Source of the DNA: Cenococcum geophilum
Taxonomy: Eukaryota
Direction of reading: 5' to 3'
Length of the DNA: 64,000 bases
NCBI GenBank assembly: GCA_050273025.1
Contig: CP158635.1
Coordinates: 18,538,001 to 18,602,000, forward strand
In this document: one piece after another, positions 1 through 12,639 of the stretch
Numbering within the stretch: the stretch's first letter is position 1
Layout of the letters: each line of letters starts with the position of its first letter
Program-made: the position numbers and the translations under genes
Notes under the pieces: model-generated
The model's database searches: none
Told to the model about the DNA's origin: nothing
The model's input: the letters and a program-made list of their open reading frames with translations, nothing else

Positions 1-742
1 GCCTCCCATATCCAGAAATCCGTACGTGTGGTGGCCCTTTCCATGGTCGTGTTCTTCGGGCTTGTCAAAACCTCCTAGCAAGTAATTGGCTGCAATCCAC
101 CCGTACAACCCTTCCGTTTCTCCGGGAATAACTTTGATATGTAGGTCGCAGTCCGGTAGTTGGAAATCTGTTGTCTTCCGTGCATAATTGCACACTTGTT
201 CTAGTACAGCCTTTTGTTTCAGTTGCGGCAGTATTCGCATTCCCGCAGTAGCCAGTAGAAAAATCGGAGTATTCTCCACTTCCTCCTTAGGTATTATCTC
301 AAGAGCATGTTTGAATAGAGGTTCTAGGTGGTCAGGCCCGACATCGTTGGGAGTGTCGCCGAAAGCCGAGATACCTACATCAGATGGGAATCAGCACCGT
401 CGCAAAGTTAACAAAGGACGGGAGACTCGAGTATACCGGGATGTATCTTCTTGGTCCATTTCTTCTCTGTCTCTAGGACCGGAAGACTTTGCAATTCACT
501 CTGGCTCGCTTCGGTGCGAGCCTTCTCGCTGTTAAGCCATCGATAGATGTGGATTCGGGTCCCCTTTCGGATAATCAGCGTTTTTGTCGCACAATGCAGT
601 AGAAATCAGCGCAGGTATGAACATACCGATGACCCAGCATCCAGGATGACACCATATCTCCCTGTGACAGATGTGGTGTTAGCAGAAAGTTTTTCCCGTA
701 TTGCGATAAGGAGCTGAGGGACGCTTGCGTACACTTTCCCAT
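1..742 (-). CDS. YND1: Golgi apyrase / nucleoside diphosphatase (GDA1/CD39 family), 5' part; continues beyond window start
   Basis: Spliced by hand (GT..CTAAC..AG introns, e.g. 732-662): MGKWRYGVILDAGSSGTRIHIYRW...PIFLLATAGMR...ETEGLYGWIAANY...TYGFLDMGG, matching apyrase conserved regions 1-4. Not in the ORF track. Confidence 0.92.
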
Positions 743-1382
743 CGGGGAACACCAGACACTAGGAAGCTATTCAGAGAAAGGGACATTCAGCAGCGAGCGG
801 ACACGGCATCAAGAAGAAGATGGTGATATGAAGAAAGTAACGAGTGAATAAGTTGAGGCGGGGGTGTTGTGGAAAGATTAAGAGCGATTGTCAGAGCTTA
901 AACGGCACGACTTTGAGATACTACGGTTTCCAGGGATGCAGCGGCGAATCCTAATTTGGGCAACGCCGCTAACCACGCAAACACCCACGCCACCATGCAA
1001 AATCCTCCAGGCCTTCGACTGCGCCCCGTGCACTCTGCAAAAAGCACTGAAGAAGCCGTCAGCCCTACGAAAAGACAGCTTTCCTCAGCTGATGGCTTTG
1101 ACCATTGCCCATTGCACAATGCGAACAGAACAGAACAATGCCGGAATAGCAAGTTCGTACTCCCCGCATAAAGATCGCAGACCCATGCTAAGGTCTTAGG
1201 TAAAATCTTCGTCGGTGATATCATCTTCTTTAATGCGTCGCAAGCTTCCAAGCAACCACTCCACCCCATTGCCGAGTGGTACGTTGGACATGTTTGCCAA
1301 GTATGCTCATGTCTGAAAGAAACTCTGATAAATGCATAATCAACGGGCTTCTTCCCATTATCATCAAAGAGTTTATTGCACT

Positions 1383-2236
1383 CTAGTCTTCAAGCAGGAA
1401 TCGCAAGAATGCAGAAGAAACTGCCACGCCATCATGATGCTTCCCTGCCCTGGCCATCCCATCCTCGTACAATTCGTCGTTGAAGATGCCCTGAGCATGC
1501 CTTGTTTCTAACAGGTCTGTCATAATCTGTTGGTTAAATTCTGGATGCCCTTGGACTGTGATAATCCTCCCCTTTGCGTACATGCCTTGTACGCTGCAAC
1601 GGGGAGAAGCGCCTAGTTCTTCAACACCTTCGGGATATTCGTAGACGATATCTCTATGCATTTGGTGCAGGCTCTGCAAAAAGCTGGTCAGCATCCGCAG
1701 CGCTCGAATGGAGGATTGGCGACCTTACGAGGCTGTCCTGCTTGAATAAGTCCTTGCCTTTCGCTGTCAACTCCATTGGCGTGACGGATATTTCCCACCC
1801 GGCGTCACTCCTGTCAACTTTAACTCCCATTGCCCGGCCGACGATCTGATGCCCAAAGCAAGCGCCAATAATACGTATTCGATCCTGCTCAAGAATCTTC
1901 TTGGTGAAATCAACAAGCTTGAGAATCCATGGAATGTCTTCGAAAGAAGAATGCCCTGTAACGCAGAGTTAGAGATTGAACTTGATGATAGGATATTTGA
2001 GGCATGGATTTACGAGATCCAGATATGAGGATGGCATCGATATCTTCTAGGGCTGGATATTTCTGCTCGTTCACAACATCCCATTTTGAAATTTCAAGGC
2101 CTCTCTTCGAGGATACCACATCCGGCATTCGTAGAGCATCCGCTCCAGCATCGAGAAGTACCTTGAACACACGTCCGTACCCTCCATATTTCAGGGTGTC
2201 GCACTCAAGGACCGCTATTCGGAGAGGTGTCTTCAT
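1383..2236 (-). CDS. Class I glutamine amidotransferase-like protein (YLR126C-like), 3 exons
   Basis: LRIAVLECDT N-terminus, nucleophile motif GACFGHQ, catalytic QGHPEF; two GT-AG introns. Confidence 0.9.
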
Positions 2237-2459
2237 TTTAAATTCTGTTAAGAACTATTGTCTTTCAGGTGACTCTTTCAAGCAGTTTCGTTATGGGCTG
2301 CGATATCGGAAAGAATACTAGCCTGTTGAGGCTAGATTTTGCTGCATCGTTTCCGAATGGGAAGCGACTCGGCTCTTACTTTCCGCAAAACTTTCATGGT
2401 TTCCTTCGCCAGGCCGGAGCTAATATACTGTTCGGTCAATCCAGCAACAAAATTCAGAT

Positions 2460-4547
2460 ATGACAGGTTCCAACTCTCTATTAGGTCGGGCCGATGGTGT
2501 TCATAATGAAGAATCTCCTTTACTAAATTCGTCTACCTCGAGTACATATGGAACAGATGAGGCCGTTGTAGAGAATGGGAACCTTCAAGCACAAGAGCCC
2601 GGTGGTCCTGGGCTAGAATCAGGACATCCACCAGACCTCAGTAAGCTCCGGAGTTATACTCACAGCCATTGGCTCGCTCCCGATGAGGATCAAGGAACTA
2701 CGGCCGAGTCTGAGACTCCTACGGAAGGAGAGATTCTACTTGGTGGCGTATCAAAGACAAAATTTAGACTGATATTTGGAGGCATATTGGTTGGATACTT
2801 TGTGAGTGGCTTTTTGTTTGAGGTGATCAGGGAATTTCAAAGGTGCTAGGGCAAATAACTGAAATTACTCTTTTCTTTGGATTTCGCACTTGCAGACATA
2901 AATCACACTTATTCTAATAACATAGTAAGATAGCATTGTTTGATTCAACTTTGATGGCATCTAGCCATCCAGTCATCACTTCATATTTTCACGCTTCTAA
3001 CTCTGCATCCTGGCTCTCCACCGCATTTCTTCTCACTTCCACAGCATTTCAGCCGCTTTATGGAAGAATTTCCGATACTGTTGGTAGACGGCCATTATAT
3101 TTATTTGGTTTAATCAGCCTCGCGATGACCACGGCTTGGTGTGCTCTTGCTGGAAGTATTGGGAGCTTCATCGCGGCTAGGGCTTTCTGCGGTCTTGGAG
3201 CTGGAGCTGTCCTTGCTATGGGTAAGTACTGTGGCCCAAAATTGTTTTCTTGCTAAATGTGAATTGAGGTTCCATCATGACCAATGATCTGGTTAGCATC
3301 GAAGTAAGAGGTACTTACCAAGCTTACATCAATCTGTTCTTTGGTCTGGGGGGCGCATGTGGTGCGGCTTTTGGTGGATTCCTTTGCGACACAATCGGTT
3401 GGCGGTGGACATTTGGTGTCCAGATACCTCTCATTTTGGCAATCCTGCTTCTGGCATTATTTACCACTCCTGCATCGTTAGGACCACACCTGGCGAAGCA
3501 CTCCGACAAGAACATTCTGGATACAATCAAAGGATTTGATCTGGCTGGATCCTTCTTCTTAACCACGTTCGTCGCATTCTTGATTCTGGGATTAAACCTC
3601 GGAGGGAACATTTATCCTTGGACTCATCCTTCTGTCATTACTTCCCTCGTGGTCGCCGGTATAGCAGGTGTGATACTGGTACGTGTCGAGTCTAAAGCTG
3701 ATCGTCCCGTCATGCCTTTGAAAATGTTATCAAGCAAGCCGCGAGCGAACCTAGTCTTCAACAACTTCTTCGCTCAGATCGGTATCAACACAATCATCTT
3801 CAATGCACCGCTTTACTTTCAAGCTGTGAAGCTCGATACACCGTCAGCGTCTGGATTTTGTCTTGCTGGCCCGTCTGTTGCTCTTACGATATGTGGAGTC
3901 TCGAGCGGATTTATTATGACTGGTACCGGACGTATGAAAGAGCTTATCATTATTGGTTCTTTGTGCATGCTGCTGGGCTCGGTTTGCCTGTCCTCAATGT
4001 GGGACTGTATACCTACTTGGCTAGCTACTGTTTTCATCGCTCCTTCGAGTATAGGCCAGGGCCTTTCGTTTCCTGCCTCTTCATTAGCAGCACTTGCTAC
4101 TAGCACACAAGAAGACCAAGCAGTCATGACTAGCACATTGACTCTCTGGAGAAGTCTTGGTACGGTCATGGGCGTTTCGTTTAGCAGTCTGATTGTACAG
4201 AATGCCCTCTCAGTATATCTGAATCAATTTGTAACTGGGAGCAACAAAGATGAGGTACATTCTGCAAGATTCATCTCATGACCTGTGCTTATAAAATACT
4301 CTGATAGATTGTCTTGCAAGTCCGGAAGTCCGTCCGAGCAATTTTAGACCTAGATCACAAGCATCAGGTGCAAGGTAATTACTGTACATCAACAAATTAA
4401 CTATCATTATTTTGAGCTAACACTCATCCAGTTATCCATGCATACTCGCAAAGCTTGAGAGTGACATTCATTTCTGCCATTGTCCTTTTTGTAATTGTCA
4501 ACGCCTTAATTCTTCCGATTAAGTTGCCTCGCCTTCGACGAAATTAG
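2460..4547 (+). CDS. MFS drug:H+ antiporter-type transporter (VBA/vacuolar basic amino acid transporter-like), multi-exon
   Basis: FDSTLMASSHPVITSYF, SWLSTAFLLTSTAFQPLYGRISDTVGRR (MFS motif A), GWRWTF; many hydrophobic segments; stop TAG at 4545-4547. Confidence 0.88.
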
Positions 4548-4618
4548 GCGTACTCAGGAGCGCCGACCAACAATATCTTGCCAGATTTCAGAACTCACCC
4601 TTTTCTATATATTTGCGG

Positions 4619-5622
4619 TTAGTCATAAGGCTCCATCAGCTTATTTGACTCAACGCGTTTCCCAAAACCATCAATAGCCGTCGTATGCGACCAAGGCTTC
4701 AACCTAACCTCCTCCCGAATTGTTGCGGCAAAGCAACTGGACCATTTGTTCCGCGGGAATTTCGCTGTCACCGACTCGATAGTCTCTTTGTGGATCAGCT
4801 CGGGGTTCATGCCGATATTATCTATTCCGTATTCGTTAGTTTAAACTCTTTCGCTAAATATGTAGACTGCCTCGGGCACACAATCTTCACCGGAACTCAT
4901 CGGCTTTCGCGTGCCAAGACCGCTTCCGCGGTCTCTATTCGGGCCTATGATCTGAAACATACGACGGCAGGCTTATGCACAGCCCCACATAGACGAGAAA
5001 GGCACCAGTTACACAGAAAGGCGAACAGAAACTTCAAAACCTACCGAAGACCGTGGCCAGCTGGATCAGCTGCCCCACAGTCGTAATGCTACCGGACTCG
5101 CCCAGATCCTGATGACGAATAATGGCCTCACATACGCTCTCGGCCTGCTCCTTGGGCGCGCCGCTCGCCTGCAGCAGCTCGAGCGCTAGGAGACCTCCGT
5201 GAAACTCGAACGACATGCGGGTCGCGCGGAGGTTCGTCGCCGTCGTGCCGATGTCGTGGAGAAGGCAGGTGAGGAAGTAGGTCTCGGTGCTGGGTGCGAA
5301 GTGGGGGAGATGCTGCGTGATGATTGCAGAGCCTGTGAGTTGTCAGGGCGGAAGGAAAAAAAAAAACACCCATGGCTGCTGCCTTGGATCGGGGTGAATG
5401 GCAATGTTTACCATAATAGAACACGCGCATAGAGTGGTTGAAGGTCTGCTCAGGCAGCTGTGCTTTAGCATACTCATACACTTTCTGCGCGACCGGCGAT
5501 GACGGCACTGTGATGTCGGATGTGGTGATCCCGGTGGCAGGCTTGGGTTTTACGGAGTCTAGGAGTTTGGATTGGGAGCGCGGCACAGCGGTCCAGCCGT
5601 AGGTCTCTAGCGGGTCAGACAT
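4619..5622 (-). CDS. Cyanamide hydratase / urea hydro-lyase (HD domain, DDI2/DDI3-like), 3 exons
   Basis: YGWTAVPRS, TFNHSMRVFYYG, CLLHDIGTT (HD), MSFEFHGG, EAIIRHQD, FPRNKWSSCFAATIREE..LKPWSHTT. Confidence 0.9.
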
Positions 5623-8358
5623 GATTTTTGGCTTTTTGGGGTCGTTCGCGAGAGGTTGCTCAGGTACGGGATATGCAAAGGTGAGATGCTTAATCTCTAA
5701 AATAGATAGAAGGATATTAGACAGTGATTTATTTAGATACACTTCTTGCAGAGCGTGAATGATGGATTCGATTGAGGATTTGTAGGTATTAATAGTTGAC
5801 TGTTCGACCATTGTGATTATAATCATGTTCATCTAGACTCGTCGTGTTCGTCATCATTCATGTTCGTCATGGCGGTTTTGCAGAGACAACAGAGTGATTT
5901 CTCCGCGGATGTATGCGGGGCTTAGTAAGTGTTTTTTTGCCCAACCAGGCATCGCTCTGGGGCGCTCTGGTGAGCCTCTCAGATTAACTGCAAGGTTGAC
6001 TGCAAGTCAGCAAAATATATGGTAAGATTGACTCAAGGATTACCATATACGGCGCTTGATAGATTAATTTGGTACAAGTGGGGATTATTTTCCTTCAAAT
6101 TCATGCCTTGCCATAGATAAATTTTTGGGATTTTAAAAGAGTGTCGGATTCCGGATGTTGTGTTTGATGTTCTCAGTATGCTGCGCTGTTAATGTCTTCT
6201 TTGATGCACTTCGGACTTTAATAACCTCTGATGAGTCCCTGGTTATGTTTGGTGGGTGAATGCCCCTGATTAAAAAAAAATCTCCAATTGCTTTGTAGGT
6301 TAGCGATGATTCGTATCCTCCTGATCCTATTGATCCTCCGTCTAAAGGATGCGATCCTATGGGAAAAATCGTTTCATTGAGGTGGGTTGGGCACCCACCA
6401 ACATCGGCCATGATTTCGCAGCCCGGCAACCCGAGTCAACCCCTGTGTTGGCACCCATACTGGCTGACTACGCTTGCATATGATGGGTTCCTGAGGAGGC
6501 TAGCATTTTGGACATTTGCTCAGCTTTCTTGGTTTTCAGCGTCGTCATCAATTGGGGCTTTGCTAGTAGACCAAGAGCCAAGGCATGGCAAAGAATGCGA
6601 GAGAAGAAGGTAGGTGAAAACCTTCATATCGTCTAAGTCTTGGTGTTGAGGCTGCCTTGCTAGATTCAAGCGCCTTTAACGTATCCGACCCACAAACTAG
6701 ATTGGCTTGACGTGTGCCGCGCGAAATAACGCTACTTGCGGTAGCCACTTACAAACAACCGGCAGTTTTCTGCAGATTAGTTTGAAGCCCAGACCGTCTC
6801 CATCAATGGAACAAGATTTCAAAGTTGGAAAAAGTGTGAAGAGCCAAGCAGACGGCGACAGGAACCGCCTGCGATGCTGCGACGAGCGGCGCTGCGGCTT
6901 TAAGTTTTCTTTGTGATAACTAAGGTCTGTATGCACCGTGTCGAATGTTGCCGCTGGCGAAAAATGGCTGAGTCGCATCAAGATAAGCTACCCGGGCGGC
7001 AAACGAGACAACGTATCGTCCCTCTGATCTTCCAGAACATTGCGATTCTAAAGCATGAGGCCTTGGAGGTCTCGCAACCGTGCTTGCACGTCAGTGGCGG
7101 CCTGACCCATGTGCTTTGTTTTGTGTTTGCGGACATGGGACCTTCCTGTTGCCATCCGGCACCCGTCTTCATCTCTCATTCACAGTCGATCACCCCTTGT
7201 TACCGTGATGCTTCGCGTGAGAAAGTACGCCTTGGCCATTACTTCTTGGCTCATTCCAGAGAACGGAGTCGAGCCCATTCCGGGGTTGGATAGAGGCCTT
7301 TGCAGCGTCTTCGAATTTCTTGGGTGCGGGAAATTCTCCTTAAGAGGCAGATCTTGATAGTGACACGCGGCAAGATATAGCTCGCTGGACACGGATTACT
7401 GTGAAGTCGCACCGCTCGCCTCGGATATTAGACTTGCGAAGCTCCATGGAGGAAAAGATAAAGAGGAGATGGTGCTTGCGTCTCCTGGGAATTTGAGCAA
7501 ACGTATTACTGTCAGGCGGGCATTGCTGAGCTCGAGCGAGTGTAAACAGCAATTTTTGGGGATTGTCAGATGCGATGCAGCCTCGCGGTTAGGCGATTCT
7601 GATTGGCGAACGTGCAGAAGGTTGGTTCTGCCAAGATTGCACTGCCCCAATATCTGTGCTTGTTTCGGTATGGTTGGTTTGATCCCAAAAAGCTGGGCAT
7701 CGAAATTATTCGGGCCTGCCTAGACGCCAATTCCGACGGCGATACTTCTTGCCTCCCTTGCCTTGCCTAACCAAACCTTGGACCATGTCGATTTCACTTC
7801 ACTGCCACACTGATTCACAATCTTTTGTGGATAATTTACCATTGACTCCTCACCATCACCGCTAATCCCGCCGGGAGCCGCGAATTTAACTTGGTTGGGT
7901 CTGTGAGGGAGGCCACTGTCACTCCGCATCACCGAGGTGAGCCTGATCCGCGCATTTCCATATACTTGCCCAATTGCACCGCCTACACCTCGTCGTATGT
8001 CTGGTGGCTGTGTTATTGAATGCTTTCTTAGCTGCCATTAGGTTCTCTTGGAATAACGATTACTGACCGAGATTTCGCCTTGTAGTTACTTCATCTCGAG
8101 CGCAGGAAGCTCCTTCCCCCTTTGTTTCTTTGACCAAACTTTGGCTACACCAACAAAACCTTGCACAGCCTCAAACTCTCGCCCCCTTCGCCCCTTCATC
8201 AACGACTTATTCGGTGTACATTATACCGTATGTCCAGCTGTCCATCGCTCAGCCACCGCGCCCTTCTTACCGCATCTTTCACTTAGGCATCAAGCTCCAA
8301 CACTTTGCCAGCCTGCTACATTACGCCTGGCCCTACGTTACTCTTCCGGGCCGTCCAC

Positions 8359-11300
8359 ATGGCCGAGGATATAGAAGCCGAAGGGCGCCAGACGCCCTCA
8401 CCGGGTCCTGGACGAAGGCAACGGGCTCCGACTATCACGATAGACACCTCTGCTGTTAGTAGTAATAATCCCGATATGGGAAACGCGGTCCCCTTGGGCA
8501 ATATCCCTGATAACCGATCATCATCACAGAGTGGGAACGTAACAGATCCCTCATCACAGCCATCACAGCTATCACAGCCGTCCCAGCAACGGTCAACTCC
8601 GGTAGAACTGCGCGCAGCGAATTCGTTCGAGAGTAGAGAAAGCAGGCCGACGTCTCCGCATAATGTCTCATCACCAGCATCACAATGGGGGAACCCACAC
8701 AACTTTCTGGCGGTACCAGGGGCAAGATCACGGGGTAACTCTCTGGATTCGACATCAGAGATTGCTGAATCATCAGCGGGAACTGGCACAACCTATATAC
8801 CTTCTGAAGGAGAGACACTGAAAGGGGGCGCTGGAAACGATGAAATTCTTAACGACGAACAAGCTCTACGTCCAGATCCGGGCACAGAGGATGAGTTCAA
8901 AGTGGAGGATAATAAATTTGCATTTTCACCTGGCCATCTGTCGAAGTTGCTCAACCCAAAGAGTCTCGGCGCATTTCACGCACTAGGTGGGATAGATGGA
9001 ATAGAAAAAGGATTAAGAACAAGCAGGAAGAACGGACTGAGCATCGACGAGCAATACATGGATGGTTATGTATCCTTTGAAGATGCAACTGCCCCTAGCC
9101 TGTCAGATTCTCCAGTAAAGCCTGCACCAGAAAAGGCCATACAAAGAAGTGAAACCACCACAACATCCCGGATACCCAAAGAAGATGCCTTCGCCGACCG
9201 AAAACGCGTGTACAGCGATAACCGATTACCTGAACGAAAAGCCAAGAGTATCTTTCAACTTGCCTGGATGGCGTACAATGATAAAGTTCTTATACTCCTA
9301 ACAGTGGCGGCTGTCATTTCGCTCGCTCTCGGTTTGTATCAGAGTTTTGGTCAACCACACAAAGATGGCGAGGCTCCTGTCGAGTGGGTAGAAGGCGTTG
9401 CCATTATGGTGGCTATTGTCATCGTTGTCGTTGTAGGCGCACTCAACGATTGGCAGAAAGAGCGCCAATTTGTCAAGCTGAACAAGAAAAAAGATGATCG
9501 AGATATCAAAGTTGTACGCTCAGGGAAGACACGCGAGATATCGGTACATGATCTCCTTGTGGGAGACGTTGTACTCCTAGAGCCGGGTGACATGGTACCA
9601 GTTGATGGCATATTTATTGAAGGGCATGGAGTCAAATGTGACGAGTCATCTGCGACGGGCGAGTCTGATCTCTTAAAAAAACACCCGGCGGAGGAAGTAT
9701 TTCGGGCCTTGGAGAACCACGAGAACGTTAAAAAGATGGACCCTTTCATTCTCTCGGGAGCTAAGGTGTCTGAAGGCGTGGGCTCGTTCCTCGTCACTGC
9801 AACGGGTATTCATTCGACATACGGTAAGACAATGATGTCTTTGCGAGAAGACAACGAAGTCACACCACTACAGTCAAAACTCAACGTACTCGCTGAGTAC
9901 ATTGCAAAGCTTGGTGGTGCCGCAGCTCTCCTCCTTTTCGTAGTTCTACTTATCGAATTCCTCGTGCATCTCCGCACTAGCACCCAAAACTCCTCGCAGA
10001 AAGGTCAGACCTTTCTCAACATACTTATCGTTGCCATTACTGTCGTTGTGGTTGCAGTACCAGAAGGGCTTCCTCTAGCTGTTACCTTGGCCTTAGCTTT
10101 TGCGACGACTCGAATGTTGAAAGACGGGAACTTAGTCCGACTCCTGCGATCTTGCGAGACCATGGGAAACGCCACAACAATCTGTTCGGACAAAACAGGG
10201 ACTCTTACACAAAACAAAATGTCTGTCGTCTCTGGCACTCTCGGTACGGCCCTACGCTTCGGAGATCGGAAGTTGAGGGCCCCTATGTTAGATGATGTGT
10301 CAAAAGGGAAGCTGCCTAATGATTCCCCCATCGAACATTTCGACGACGTTTCTGCAACAGAATTCGTCGATACCCTCAGTGACGACGTCAAGTCCCTGCT
10401 CGAACAGTCTATTGTTATTAACTCCACGGCATTTGAAGGCGAAGGAGATGGCAATGAGGCGTTCATTGGCTCTAAGACCGAAACAGCTCTTCTCGGCTTC
10501 GCTCGCGACCACCTTGGCATGGGACCGGTTAGCACGGAACGATCAAATGCAAATATCGCACAATTCATTCCATTCGACTCGGGTAGGAAGTGTATGGCCG
10601 TCATTGTCAAGGTCAATGACGGTAGATACAGAATGTACGTCAAGGGCGCTTCTGAGATTCTTCTTGCCAAGTGTGATAGGATCATCTCGGATCCTACCAA
10701 GGGCATATCGGATATTCCTCTCTCGCGCGACAATAGGGATACGCTAGAACGCCTTATTTCAACCTACGCCTCACGTTCCCTACGTACAATTGCACTCCTT
10801 TACCGTGACTTTGAGCGATGGCCTCCAAAGGATGCGCGCAGAGTAGAAGATGATCCATCACAGGTGGTTTTTGACGATATCTTCAAGAATATGGTTTTTC
10901 TTGGCGTTGTCGGCATCCAGGATCCTCTCCGTGATGGTGTAAAGTCAGCCGTCGAAGACTGCCAAACTGCTGGTGTCTTCGTGCGCATGGTGACTGGTGA
11001 CAACGTTTTGACAGCAAAGGCTATCGCTGAGGAATGTGGCATACTCGTCCCAGGCGGCATGATTATGGAAGGCCCCGCCTTTAGAGCTTTATCTTCGAAA
11101 GATATGGACGCGGTCATTCCCAAGCTTTGCGTGCTTGCTAGGTCGAGCCCTAAGGACAAGCAACTGCTCGTCAAGCGACTTAAACAGACAGGCGAAACCG
11201 TCGCAGTCACTGGAGATGGAACCAATGATGCACCCGCTCTGAAGACTGCCGATGTCGGATTCTCGATGGGAATTGCTGGAACTGAAGTAGCCAAGGAAGC

Positions 11301-12639
11301 CTCTGCGATTATCCTTATGGATGACAACTTTTCATCTATTGTAAAGGCTCTCCTCTGGGGTCGTGCGGTAAACGACGCTGTGAAGAAATTCCTCCAATTT
11401 CAGATCACCGTCAACATCACCGCTGTCATGCTTACCTTTGTCTCGGCTGTGGCTAGTCCAGATCAATCTTCTGTCCTTACTGCTGTCCAGCTCCTTTGGG
11501 TCAATCTTATTATGGACACGTTTGCAGCACTAGCTTTGGCCACTGACCCCCCAACACGAAGCCTGCTGAACCGGAAACCCGATCCGAAGTCCGCTCCGCT
11601 GATTACTCTCACAATGTGGAAAATGATAATCGGACAATCCATCTACCAGCTTGTCGTAACCTTCATCCTTCACTTTGCAGGGAACAAGATTTTGTCTTAT
11701 CAAACCCCTGTTGAAAAGGATCGGATGGACACTCTCGTCTTCAATACCTTCGTGTGGATGCAGATTTTCAATCAGCTTAACAGTCGCCGACTTGACAACC
11801 ATTTCAACATCTTTGAGGGTATCCACCGCAACTATTTCTTCATCATGATTAACGCGGTCATGATCGGCGGACAGGTCATGATTATCTACGTAGGTGGTCG
11901 TGCGTTCTCAGTGGTTAAGTTGAACGCGGCAAATTGGGCCTACTCCATTGTATTAGGGGCTCTGTCCATTCCAGTTGGAGTCATCATCCGCCTAATACCA
12001 GACGAGGCTATCCGTCGTTTCGTCCCTGACTTTTTGAAGAGAAGATCTACTCCCGAGGTCGTAGTCTCCGATGAGTACCAATGGAACCAGGGGCTCCTCG
12101 AAATTCGGGAGGAGCTTGCCTTTATCAAGAAAGTTCGTGGAGGACGATTGAGCAATCTCAAATTCAAGGTCCAGCACCCACGGGAGATTTTCTCTAGATC
12201 GAGAACCAGTTATTCGCTCCCGGGAACTCCTAACAACGGTGATCACCATGGTGATCACTCACCCGGTCCTCCAACGCCCGACTCCCGCAGTCGACGACGA
12301 GGAAGGTCGCGATCTAACTCGGCCTTTGGGCCTGCGACTGTTATGGCAGGCATTGTTGCTGGGAGTGTTGCTGGATGGTCCCCTATCGAGAGAGGCCACG
12401 GAGACAATGACTCTATGAAGTTCCCGCACAATCGGAGCAGGTCTGACCTTGAAGCTCAAGATGGTGTCGACGTCCATCCCGATACTAAGTCCACTGACCC
12501 CATTCTTGTCAATGAGCCTCACCAGGATGGAGTTCCACCAAGTCAACGTAACGAAACTACTCCATCTTTCCATGTCGGGCCCTTTGCAGGGGACCCGAAA
12601 TTGAATAAGAGTGGGGAGCCACACCAGTCTAACACATGA
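8359..12639 (+). CDS. PMC1: Vacuolar/PMCA-type P2B Ca2+-transporting ATPase, single exon
   Basis: DESSATGES, AVPEGL, CSDKTGTLT phosphorylation site, KGASE, MVTGDN, TGDGTNDAPAL, QLLWVNLIMDT; first ATG at 8359. Confidence 0.95.
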   Translation: MAEDIEAEGRQTPSPGPGRRQRAPTITIDTSAVSSNNPDMGNAVPLGNIPDNRSSSQSGNVTDPSSQPSQLSQPSQQRSTPVELRAANSFESRESRPTSPHNVSSPASQWGNPHNFLAVPGARSRGNSLDSTSEIAESSAGTGTTYIPSEGETLKGGAGNDEILNDEQALRPDPGTEDEFKVEDNKFAFSPGHLSKLLNPKSLGAFHALGGIDGIEKGLRTSRKNGLSIDEQYMDGYVSFEDATAPSLSDSPVKPAPEKAIQRSETTTTSRIPKEDAFADRKRVYSDNRLPERKAKSIFQLAWMAYNDKVLILLTVAAVISLALGLYQSFGQPHKDGEAPVEWVEGVAIMVAIVIVVVVGALNDWQKERQFVKLNKKKDDRDIKVVRSGKTREISVHDLLVGDVVLLEPGDMVPVDGIFIEGHGVKCDESSATGESDLLKKHPAEEVFRALENHENVKKMDPFILSGAKVSEGVGSFLVTATGIHSTYGKTMMSLREDNEVTPLQSKLNVLAEYIAKLGGAAALLLFVVLLIEFLVHLRTSTQNSSQKGQTFLNILIVAITVVVVAVPEGLPLAVTLALAFATTRMLKDGNLVRLLRSCETMGNATTICSDKTGTLTQNKMSVVSGTLGTALRFGDRKLRAPMLDDVSKGKLPNDSPIEHFDDVSATEFVDTLSDDVKSLLEQSIVINSTAFEGEGDGNEAFIGSKTETALLGFARDHLGMGPVSTERSNANIAQFIPFDSGRKCMAVIVKVNDGRYRMYVKGASEILLAKCDRIISDPTKGISDIPLSRDNRDTLERLISTYASRSLRTIALLYRDFERWPPKDARRVEDDPSQVVFDDIFKNMVFLGVVGIQDPLRDGVKSAVEDCQTAGVFVRMVTGDNVLTAKAIAEECGILVPGGMIMEGPAFRALSSKDMDAVIPKLCVLARSSPKDKQLLVKRLKQTGETVAVTGDGTNDAPALKTADVGFSMGIAGTEVAKEASAIILMDDNFSSIVKALLWGRAVNDAVKKFLQFQITVNITAVMLTFVSAVASPDQSSVLTAVQLLWVNLIMDTFAALALATDPPTRSLLNRKPDPKSAPLITLTMWKMIIGQSIYQLVVTFILHFAGNKILSYQTPVEKDRMDTLVFNTFVWMQIFNQLNSRRLDNHFNIFEGIHRNYFFIMINAVMIGGQVMIIYVGGRAFSVVKLNAANWAYSIVLGALSIPVGVIIRLIPDEAIRRFVPDFLKRRSTPEVVVSDEYQWNQGLLEIREELAFIKKVRGGRLSNLKFKVQHPREIFSRSRTSYSLPGTPNNGDHHGDHSPGPPTPDSRSRRRGRSRSNSAFGPATVMAGIVAGSVAGWSPIERGHGDNDSMKFPHNRSRSDLEAQDGVDVHPDTKSTDPILVNEPHQDGVPPSQRNETTPSFHVGPFAGDPKLNKSGEPHQSNT

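Noticed and set aside
188..535. 115-aa plus-strand ORF
   Set aside because: Antisense shadow of YND1 exons.
888..1269. Three overlapping short ORFs between YND1 and the GATase gene
   Set aside because: No recognisable motif; probably promoter/UTR sequence.
5623..5832. N-terminal extension of the 234-aa ORF
   Set aside because: AT-rich upstream sequence; family similarity starts at MSDPLETYGW (5622).
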